A stretch of 64,000 nucleotides of DNA. Source: a virus. Taxonomy: Duplodnaviria; Caudoviricetes. Each line of letters begins with the position of its first letter. Position 1 is the first letter of the stretch. Shown here in pieces: positions 10,801 to 19,400 of the stretch. The stretch spans positions 96,001-160,000 of IMG/VR virus record IMGVR_UViG_2548876794_000003. One strand, written 5' to 3'. The position numbers and the translations under genes are program-made. The notes below the pieces were generated by a model, which saw nothing but the letters and a program-made list of their open reading frames with translations, was not told the DNA's origin and did no database searches.

Positions 10801-13429
10801 TTCGTTAGAATCAGCAAAACAATATCACTCTGTTGTTAGTAACACGCAAGCGATGCGGTTCAACAATGGCACATTGTCCTTGAATGATTTATTAGAAGAA
10901 GGTAAATCTACTGCCGATAAAAAAATGAACTTCAAAGTAGTTAGCATCGGAGACCTAACTGTATCAAACGGCAACGATGGTGAGATCATTATGAAGGATG
11001 GTAGCTCTGTTTATAACCAAAATGTAGTGATTGATATGAAAGATAAATATTTAGGTGGCGTACCAGAGCGCATGGGTAATCGTTACTTAGCTATTGGTGC
11101 TGTACCGACCTCTGTAATTGGAGATGAAGTGTTAGACAAAAATCCTCACAAAACAATCAATTCAATCGTTTCAGCTCGACAAGCAATTATTGATGGCGAT
11201 GCTGGAACAGCCGAAGCAATTGAACGGAAGAAAGAATTAATCGTTGAAAAAGCAGGGCAATTGAACGATGACTTGTCAGAAGTAGTATTCGGCAAAAAAG
11301 GTGCTATCGGGCAACTAAGCTCTTATCGTGCGCAGCACTCTGCATTCGGTAAGGCGATGCTGCAAGATACTGCTCATGCACTGAATACATACAGTGAAGG
11401 TATGTTCCCGATGCTAGATAACGTTGAAATCGACGGCAAAAAAATCCGAGACCATTATGCGCAAGGTGGTTTAATGGATGTCAAAGTATTCGGTATGGGG
11501 CATGCAGAACGACTTGGCTTATTTGACCAAGAGTATCTGGACCACATCGGCTCTACAAAAGAAGATGTCATCAAGCAATTAGAAGGTGGCGTACTTGGTT
11601 TATCTCAACGTCATCCGGCTGTATACGAAGGTACAAAGCGTTCAACATACTTTGTACTGAACCGTTCGCTAGGCGATGAAGTCATCGAAAGTGCTGCGGG
11701 TGCATTGACTGCTAAAACCGATGCCGATGGTGATAGCCCTGGTAGTGAGCTTTCATCTTACACAGATAAGAAAACAGGACGCCGAGTGGACTCATTAGAG
11801 TATGCATTAAAAGGAGGAGCTGCCGGTGGGCAATTCTCTGCAGACATTAACGAAGCTTTCCAACAGCAAAAATCAAGTAACTATATCAACGCGTATGTTC
11901 GTAACCCACACTTCCAATCGAAGCTAGATAAAGCGAACGCAGAAGCATATGATATTATTCGTGACATTGACTTAGGCGAACGAGGTGAAGCAACCGCTGC
12001 TATGCAAGATGTAGCATGGGGTAAAGACGGCTCGGAGTTGGGCAAACTCCGTCCATCGTTACCACACTTATGGAATGAAAAAGAACGTGCAGAACTAATG
12101 GACGCTAAATCAGACCTACGCAATAAAGCATTGGCTTCTTACGCAACTGAACATAACTTATCGACAGCAGACGCTCTTACTCAACTACGTGGATCTGAAG
12201 AGGGTGGCAGAAGTTTTGAACTACACGAGGACTTTATCTCTCGACAAAAACAAGTAATTCGAGATACTGGTGATGCTGCGCAAGCGGATCTATACGAACG
12301 TGCTATGATTTATGAAGATAAATCCGACAGTTTCAAAGCCGCACAGATGGGTGCATTAAAACGACAAAGCGCTGGTGAAATTAACCTTAGCATGTACAAG
12401 GCTCGTAAGCTGCGTAACCTCTCTATTAACAATGGTTATACGAATGATGAATCACGATTCCTTGAGCATGTATTCGAAGCTTCCGAAGAAGCCTTCCTAT
12501 CTCCGAAGCATAGTGATAAAATCATCGTTGAAAATCCAGACGTGATGGACCAATTCAAACGAGCGTGGGGCTCTGCTACCGGTACACCTCAAAAAGGTGA
12601 TGAAGCGGGGACAGACCTACTGAAACAATACTTCCGCGACCAGACATCAACTCGTATGCGTTGGGAGAGTGAATCTAAGGAAGTTGTTGCGACGAAGATG
12701 GACCGCGCTGCGGATATGATTCAAGAAATCTTTAATAAGTCGGAGAACGGAAAAGATTTCAATATGTTCTTAGGTGCCGTTGGTCAATGGAAAAACGGTA
12801 TTCCAACATCACGAATTGAAGATGCAATGATTGGTATGAACTCATCATCTATGATGTCGCAAGTATATGGTGCGCTCTCAGAAGGCAATGGCGACCTTGG
12901 ATGGGAAACCCGCGACCTTCAAATGCGTGAGCGTATAGAAGGAGCTTTCAGTGACTCAAGACCGCTTCAAGGTAACGACTATATGCCACCAACAGTCCAG
13001 TCGCTTCGCAGCGAGTTTTCTGATAAAATGGGTGGCGTTAAAAACCTACTAAGTAAAGTTAGTGGTAAACAAGCGGTATTTGGTATTGCTGGTATGGCAG
13101 GAATGTCAATGCTAGGCGCATTCGTTGGCGGTAATCCTTCTGAGCCAACAGGACAACATGCAGCGCAAGCCCCATCAGCCGGTGGGTATGAATCAATGCC
13201 GTTATCAGACGGCACTGGATCGGTAAGCCAAATTCCTTCTGGTCAAGGTTATGTCGTGAATGTCAACGCACAATCACCAAAAGGACAAGCACATGCACAA
13301 GAAGCAATTCGACAAGCCGTTCGACAAGCAAGCGGCGGTTCTGTCAATATCTCTATGACAACGCGAAACGAATACAACAACTTGGACAACGAAAGCGTCA
13401 CAAGTATCCTGTCAAATGCGTTTAATTAG
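4838..13429 (+). CDS. Single-polypeptide two-barrel RNA polymerase (fused beta/beta'-like) with N-terminal DEDDh 3'-5' exonuclease; probable virion protein
   Basis: AGGAGG RBS at 4826-4831 favours ATG 4838 (2863 aa). Exo motifs FDFET, GHNVAQAD, HTAAED. Beta-like motifs GNVTEGAAVMNSRV, RKIQEDNLEKH, ADAIVHSDDVSHKNAG, SGLKMTDRELNMLE. Beta'-like motifs GKKGAIGQLSSYRAQHS, QRHP, KTDADGD, ALKRQSAGEI, EEAFLSPKH. Confidence 0.8.
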   Translation: MVQESFWENSSIKRFNGKRQKALIQARSEKSAQDALGNTQAGYKALVNEHMKATSFMYANQIKDVVLDNKSPYKFLMNTGKTALKENPDVLNSYADFFNAAASTFTVKEKSGQKFMAENVEVNKIFTINNQSRGTETVSLKDEEAAWKRMQKGAYTVFDFETFGGRNAFGVQTLDQLTEYSFETFDNIKAKKSSNRIEGVVGITDAKKDEFIKKFIGGSRDIQDTRNLNGGLIDFTRFTELEQIQLNTLARMGSKETTISNVDEQFKDGFNGRYRVTKTIANEDVEISKENVLRGVERLHDIGTVQRAGSVNGLQVWEKDLADAMSIATKGDHVLTGHNVAQADVPWFNQTLTRGSKPFRDYYFKELQGELVKTTGGAVFDLLPLARMADLNGALSREIESNPNAQKRLGEMGSTALQQETLVATTLSKNVIENTTNAPHTAAEDTRLFNEIIRGGRINSSDKETLVEKAFRMAKMNMTNEAIPLTAAPSEQQVKESNGTTKNIVMNARKGLFNYKGLSGVIGYNVDQIDGRIRTSNGYEISPDGSVKSGFGDAIIKKDVSYVAQGLQKLTTGNDDGMLDIMKRMGKTDAHMAEGELYKLVLSPVREGNIEPSASTASEKTNMKMNMPVALLGSRDEIQRYLNGNMIAFANATEQLDGSVKLDPIESGMKELANYNTVTHKVEETTPLDVIKRGEKKALNDSFNRSITESELPKIERYMKFSDTVKEFAKEKHIDIGSARNAVMDGAMEIAYQVSRGRTITKDMQDMVGLDAYNILSNNGKHALDYRSLDKAAASLDFIESARAPLNQLIQGIKGKKLGSSKEEQFVFKQVMQGITAELNDSFVQANDPKFKAANKPYISVPSYEKNVIQLSRPSSMREKNGRVMGLDTQEKMLRINLDDSPETKLINAVTKTLRRKSDGAIKSRLLSLAEENNIALDGTSEMNRYQVAQTIVDKIHTQRKVDPLLFAQSGVSANDFSKGSVILSSEAHADKISSYIDDYLSKYQKGTVVDLNHYFTKSGALNKNTLINDVVDNFLMDSNYNLKDHGFNDEQVKFLQDSRNLRRKDYTKYAEELINGVHKSGASLVFDADKGIFGMTRGGEYTNLANIVARDRFHNGVFYTQVGKNRLRTGTYLGMFGAGDKDEYALSDVKAVSGLGKSMDAAPGNLDWSIKRAIENDDDPTKSVERWLKNINSSLREGASVDYFNEKDMKAQGQLNISKLIDNLGKVKGIENMTADDESEIKELISRARKDNFSFSKMTDSTNMYMQKSISPLLQFLTQGVKDEWVKDSVKRIGNRVKSSANEKGNYGVIDFQTELEMFNNASRGIDAQNSFISFDEDTARKALLTPDEYTGESLDKRVGIGSNLRTELGAARDNMLSEEHTQKRRSSFELQRAAYSPAELHMKLKEAYLATDDQAERTSIQKLMNIGNVTEGAAVMNSRVADAIIQGYDKQKIDFSKDLFSQELSADVESMTKKESKAYKKRMDNISKMAPVFKDKGNRGFDFNYGKGYYVRHGETLANVRSEYGNNVSPVAAKYDGFARFGLFTRDGALVSAKDAQEFLREQARKKQVNISNIQEMIDFAKNYYDTKMYVDKLDMTTYRKIQEDNLEKHMTSFTYQSLGALDDHSKPSQGIGAALDNLGLNHLKGRTLRPEFFNELLSGEAYDSGVLKTAAKGGMGYQKAIQSAGFKDESEFKRQLEKERHLAGDILQQVTGADAIVHSDDVSHKNAGARIKSAINDMHYNQLNAVMDEQGLARATPEAIREASQRVVDAVGDAFEINGKDGLFVDKNNRIGLTGGFNYYNGDGVNVNRLKEAYDAMMPGTDKPENQFDNIGASNGKVSRHGYNLINDTTNFQGTGRTEVLDDTEINRNKIAMKSGLKMTDRELNMLELQRYDKDELSSIRSAMNDDALFKRAFGHVLNDNMELADGAQDMKVLGRYTDEIRLNQFASAGDALLLNADGSQAMQNVESNLIKSANALQKQSGGAVSLESAKQYHSVVSNTQAMRFNNGTLSLNDLLEEGKSTADKKMNFKVVSIGDLTVSNGNDGEIIMKDGSSVYNQNVVIDMKDKYLGGVPERMGNRYLAIGAVPTSVIGDEVLDKNPHKTINSIVSARQAIIDGDAGTAEAIERKKELIVEKAGQLNDDLSEVVFGKKGAIGQLSSYRAQHSAFGKAMLQDTAHALNTYSEGMFPMLDNVEIDGKKIRDHYAQGGLMDVKVFGMGHAERLGLFDQEYLDHIGSTKEDVIKQLEGGVLGLSQRHPAVYEGTKRSTYFVLNRSLGDEVIESAAGALTAKTDADGDSPGSELSSYTDKKTGRRVDSLEYALKGGAAGGQFSADINEAFQQQKSSNYINAYVRNPHFQSKLDKANAEAYDIIRDIDLGERGEATAAMQDVAWGKDGSELGKLRPSLPHLWNEKERAELMDAKSDLRNKALASYATEHNLSTADALTQLRGSEEGGRSFELHEDFISRQKQVIRDTGDAAQADLYERAMIYEDKSDSFKAAQMGALKRQSAGEINLSMYKARKLRNLSINNGYTNDESRFLEHVFEASEEAFLSPKHSDKIIVENPDVMDQFKRAWGSATGTPQKGDEAGTDLLKQYFRDQTSTRMRWESESKEVVATKMDRAADMIQEIFNKSENGKDFNMFLGAVGQWKNGIPTSRIEDAMIGMNSSSMMSQVYGALSEGNGDLGWETRDLQMRERIEGAFSDSRPLQGNDYMPPTVQSLRSEFSDKMGGVKNLLSKVSGKQAVFGIAGMAGMSMLGAFVGGNPSEPTGQHAAQAPSAGGYESMPLSDGTGSVSQIPSGQGYVVNVNAQSPKGQAHAQEAIRQAVRQASGGSVNISMTTRNEYNNLDNESVTSILSNAFN

Positions 13430-13440
13430 GGGGAACTATT

Positions 13441-16400
13441 ATGGCATCTACAAAGACTGCTAAAGAATTAAAAGAGCTTTATGGCACGATGAATAAAGAA
13501 AATCTCATTCTAACAGATGAAGATTTCTTCTTGCCGTCCATGGGCGACATGTACGTCAATTCAGTCGATAGCGCACGATTAAATGATTTTGCCGCTTCAC
13601 TGGAAGGCAATGCAGGTAAAGACAAAATGACGAAAGCTTCGTTCTATTTGGAAAATCCATTTGCGAGCGAACTTGGCTTCTATGAAAAGAATCACCTTAT
13701 TTTTGTAAAAGCAAAGCCATTGATTACAACGCAAGATGTACTTGCGGGAAAAGTCGATGGAGACACACTGACCTTCAAGGTCAGTGCTGTCGTTGGTGAT
13801 GACGATGGCAAAGCAAAGTCAAAGATTCAAGAAGAGGTAAAACGCGGTACTGAAAAAATCATCAACGCTGTTAATGACAAGGCTTCATTAGATTTGATGG
13901 ATCGACTAGAGAGCTTAGGATTAGATTTAAGTGATCCTAAGAATAGCGAGTACAAAAAATATTTACGTGAATCAAGTGAGCAAGAATTTAAAATTCGTTT
14001 CCTTGGAATCAATGCACCAGAGGTTTCAAAATGGACACATATGTCGAATATTAATGCGGATTATTTAAAAGTCGAATTTAAAGAATACGGAGACATCAAG
14101 AATGATGAAGCACATTATTATTGCCGACGCTACGAAGGCCGCAAAGATAAAGAAGTAATTGCCTTCGTAACATTGAGTGATGCAATGAGCCATGACGACG
14201 GAATTGACTTGGGTGAAATGTTTATCGAAACGAATAGCGAATATAGTCCATTAACAAAGAGTCGTATTAAATCAGAGAAAAAATTAGACTTCTATTATTT
14301 AAATACAGTAGGTGAGACTGAGAAGAAACGTCGTGAACAGGGTGATTTAGCGCAACGACGCGTAATCAAAGCAATCAATGCTTCTGCAGATGGTTATGTT
14401 TACCTAATGTTAAACACTTCTACTTTGAAGATGGCCACAGACCGCTATGCTTCTATCTTCGATGATGTGACAGCACTGAGTAAAGGTCCTATTAATAAAT
14501 TAAAATACATCTTTAGCCAACTTGTTAGCTACAACGATTATTCATATAAAGGCTATAATATGTGGGGAACTGACGCATATAATCGTTTCCTTGGAACACC
14601 ATATGTCATTACAGACGAAGGTTACGTGAACTTAGCTAAATATGTGATTGCTGGTGACGACGAGAAAATGGTTGACGTATTTCCAGACTATGGCGATACA
14701 CCTTGGTCTGGCGTAAACAATAACTATGCCGATAAGTATTTCAATTTAGCCAGTTATGATTTTGACAACTACGCTCTATATGATGCGACGAAGGTTGCTG
14801 GCGATGATATTGATGACCGCAGAAAGGTACAAGAAGAAATCTTCGGTCGTTCATTTGATGAATTGCGAGAATGGACTGTCGGTATTGGTGACACATTCTT
14901 CTTCGTTCCACCAACAAGTATCAATGTCACGAATGAAGTATCGAATGAACGCCTACGCACAATGCGTTCTAAAGGCTCGATGGTTAAAGGTGGCACCAAG
15001 GTAGATAAGTATATCGAGCTGGACTTGTATTTCAATGACGAGCGCGGTATCAATGGCTACCCTTGGGAGACAACTTTACCAAACGGAGATAAAACTACAT
15101 ATTATATGAATGGATTACGTGCTTTAATTTCGCAATTCAAGTTCACGCCATTTCTACCAATTGAAAATCGTTACATTAATCAGATGTGTAATATCGAAGC
15201 GGTCAATTTACTAACGTTAGAAATCTCTACAGTTGAGGGTTTCCCTCGAACATTAGTAGCTCGTGTCGTACTACAAGCATTTGATTGGCGTACTTATATG
15301 CCAGATTTACCGGCAAACATTCAAATGGATGACCAGCAAGATGAAGATGAATACTTCAACATTTTCGCTAAATCAATCGACTACGCTACGATGCGCTGGT
15401 ATTACCAACGTGCTATTCGAAGAGGGAATAAAGTAGATGGTCTTGATGCAAATTCCATTAAATACATAGAAAAAACATTGGGTAGCAATACTGCATTACA
15501 ACCAATGCACTTTGAAGATTCCGGTGTGAAGTTTTACGTTGCAAACGAAGATTACTTGAAGAAAATGCTTCAAGTGAAAATCAATGCACTTGATACGTCC
15601 AAAACATACGCAGTCTTAACAGATCTTGAAAAAGAACTGTTGGTCGACTTAGCTCCTTTAGGCAAAGCTGCAGATGATGCGCTTACTGACAAAATGATGG
15701 GGCAGTACACAACGAGCTTGATCGATAAATTAAAACCAGCCAAAGATGGCCGCCTACCTGTATTAACTGCAGAGAAAGCAAGCAAAGGGTTGGTTTATGG
15801 AAAAGCGAAACTGGGTTCTCCTAAGATCATGCGAGTTGAAACAAACGGCTTTATTTTTGATGACGAGTACTTCCCAGAATATATGAATCTTGTTCAATCG
15901 AGAATGGTTGACGCATTCAAGGATGTTCAAGGGAAAGAAAAGATTCTAAACGATGTGACACCTTACTACAAAGTAGGAGATGACTACATTACGTTTGGTG
16001 TGTGTCTGGACTTGTATATGCCAGGTTTTACAACACCTGCTCAAATTACAAACCTTATTGCGGAAGCATCTACCGCTACAGGAGTGAGCCGAGATAAATT
16101 TAATTTAGTAGATGAAAAACTATATATCAGTTATCGCGTTGAATTAAAAGATAAAGTTGGTGTAAAAACAGGTATTGACCGATTCATTACAACGGATTAT
16201 GACGGAGTTATCCAATATCCTGCTTTACCAAACACAACGAAGTCGGGCTACGATTATCAGATGTTAGCTTATGCTCAACAATATAAAAAAATCAAAGACA
16301 GCGATGAAGACACCCCGAACGAAGAAGTTGCTGATACAGCGAAGAATGTAGATTACATTAGTCCGTACACTTTGACTTATGATCAATATGAGATGGGCCA

Positions 16401-19400
16401 TGTGACCGTTCAAAATATTTCTGTTAGTACAACGAACAGCTTTATGAAGTATGGACTGAACGGTAGCGAAGGTTACGCCAGCCAGTACATGGGTTCAGAA
16501 GATTCTATTATTGAAATCACGCTTCACTCAATGGATGAATATGCAGTGGGGATGATTAATCAAATGACGTCGCTTCAAACACGCTACGCTCGTGATTACC
16601 GCTTGATTCTTCCAGCCTGCCCATTCCGAATTGATACAGAACTGACACGAACACTTGGGATTAATGAAATCATTTTAGATAAGGTAGAAGTAAGCACTGT
16701 TGCAGGAGCGCCGGGCTTATACGACATACATATTAGTGCTATCTCAATGGACCGTACTTTGCGTAGCCGAGAAGCATTAAACAAAGTGAACGATTGGACG
16801 AACAATGGTTCTATTGGTAACGATAACGCAACAGAGCTTAAATTGAAGTCTTATGACAATTTAAACGAAACATTGGCTGCGGCAGAGTTATATCCAGACC
16901 TTGAATTGCCAACAGTGAAAGAACTTGAATCGAAAGGATTTAACTTTATTCGTCATGTATTCGACAGAGATCGAAGTTATCCAGATCCCGATTTCTATTT
17001 CGTGTATGGGTACTTACTACAAGCAGACGTATTACGAGATGCTGTTTCACAAGCGTACGAGCAAAGTATTGCTGAGTCTACTTGGACTGATGAATACGGC
17101 GGTTCTGTTGAGCTGGAAACAAATAAGGAATTTGGGTACATCACTAAAAAAGAAGGCAAGAATACGAAAGACTTGCACGAAAGTATTAGTAAAGTTGAGG
17201 CAGCTGCAGATAAATCGAAGAGTGTCACAGAATACGTTAATAGTGGAGAAGCCTTAATTGATATTATCCAGTCTGCAGAGGATGCAGAAGGTTGGAGCGT
17301 TTCACCAAAAATACGTGTGCTAGGAATCGACCAGTATCATCAAGATTTATTGCACAGAGATGATGCAATGAAGAAAGGTAAGACAGGCGAGGAACGACAA
17401 GGCAAGTGGTTATCAGAACGAATGGATGAAGCAAGAGAAGCAAGTAAGCTAATCAAAGCCGCTTTAGATAAACCACTGTCAAGCATTGGTCAAGCACATG
17501 ATGCTCGTAAAGATGATGACTTTACTCGTCGTTTTAGTGACCGCGTAATCAGAGAATGTTTGAACGAGGACTTTGGCGATGCTCTCGCGAAATTAAATTT
17601 CTCTGCAGAAGAATTTACGGACAGCGGATCGCAGACAGCAGATTCATTCATCAAGATTTTAAAATCAATCGCTACAGCATTTAGCAGTAAAAAAGAGTGG
17701 ACTAAGAAGGCCGGTAAAGATGGCGACGCTAATTTTAAATATTTAGGTTACGCAATTGATACTGATACGAACAGCTCTGGTAATCGTTCTGCCGCTTCGA
17801 TTGATGATGCTGTTGAGAATGGCGTAGAGTTTTCTGTTTTCGGATTAAAAATGCTGAAACGCAAAAAGCTTAAAAAGCTTGAAGTATATGGCGAAATCCA
17901 TAAGCGTGTAGACGATGATGTAAGCGTGAATATGAACTATTACACGTTAGATCCGTACTACCGTCGTGAAGGTGTAACAGCAAAAGAAATTGAAGAGTAC
18001 AAGCGCGCGTGTTGTACAGATTACACTGTTGCAGCGCAGGCTTTCGTTCGTAATACGATGCTATTCCTTGCAAAAGCAATCGACGAATACATCTTCCCTA
18101 ACATTACATTTGACTTGATGGCCAGTGAACTTCGCGAAGCAATGAAGAGTGTAGAGAATAAGAAACTAGCAGATGAAATCAATGATTACGAAGATTTCCT
18201 TAATGACGAGGATAGACCAATCAATGCTGGTAAGTTATTTATCTGTTCATTAGCTGCAGCGACCAATTCACAAAAAGTTCTGGAGTACGTGAAGCAAGGT
18301 CGATATGAGGACTTAAATCAAATGGTTTACCAGTCTATTAATGAAAAAGGTACGGAGCTTTACGACAATAGCGAAGCAATCTTCTATCGTAAATTCTTCC
18401 GTAAACTAGTTGATTACAAAATGATTGATAACCTCGGAGCAGTAGGGAACGACGATAAGAACATCGTAACGGATCGACGTCGTGAATATCGTGAACGTGT
18501 TTACATTGAAGCGGCGAACAATCCTAGCGAATACATTACGCACTCGTTCCACGATATGACTGTCAATGATATGCGTGGGCGTATGGCTAGAGCATTTCCA
18601 ACGTTCTATATGTTGTTAGTAGATGAAGGGCGACGAATTGGTCTTTGGAAGCTACATGATAACTTCTATAACATCAACTCTATTTCTGAAATCGCAATCA
18701 CAAAATCTCGTAAGAATCCTGCAGACACGATTAAGATAACGATGTCCAATATGTTCCATACATATACAACGGATGACGAAGATATAAAAGTAAATTTTGA
18801 ATATGACTATCGAGATGTATTCAATTCTATCTTTAACTCCGAAGCTTACTACGAAAAAGAAGAAGCGAAGCGAATGGGGCAGCAACCATTGAATCGCGCA
18901 AAATTAAAACCTGGCATTCGTATGCATGTGCGTATGGGCTACAATTCAAACGCAGCCACTTTACCAATCATGTTCAACGGTAGAATCGCTGAGGTGTCAG
19001 CTGGCGAAACAGTTGAAATTGTAGGGCAAGGTGATGGTGTTGAGCTATTAAATACGATTTCCGTTCAAGAGTCTAAGTCCCTTAACCAAGGGAACGGTAA
19101 GCTATGGCTGTACTCAAAAGTAGATGGCCAACAAACGCCAAAAGAAATATTCGACAAAGTACTATGTAATAAAGGTACGATGACGTCGCGCGCCTTAGAT
19201 ACTGTATCGAATGGTTACTATCGTTCATACAATGAATACGGAATTGTTCACTTTGGCGATCCACGTTACAACGTTATATTCGAAAATGGTGAGCCATCAC
19301 AAAATATCTATGAAGCGACTACTCAACCTAAATGGTATAAGGAGCAATCTAAATCAGCAGAATATGGTTTAGAGGAGCCACCACAGATCAGCATCATGAC

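Noticed and set aside
4838-13429. Calling this protein a tape measure or a PolC-like DNA polymerase
   Set aside because: No tape-measure periodicity and no family C polymerase motifs; the ordered RNAP motifs explain the sequence better
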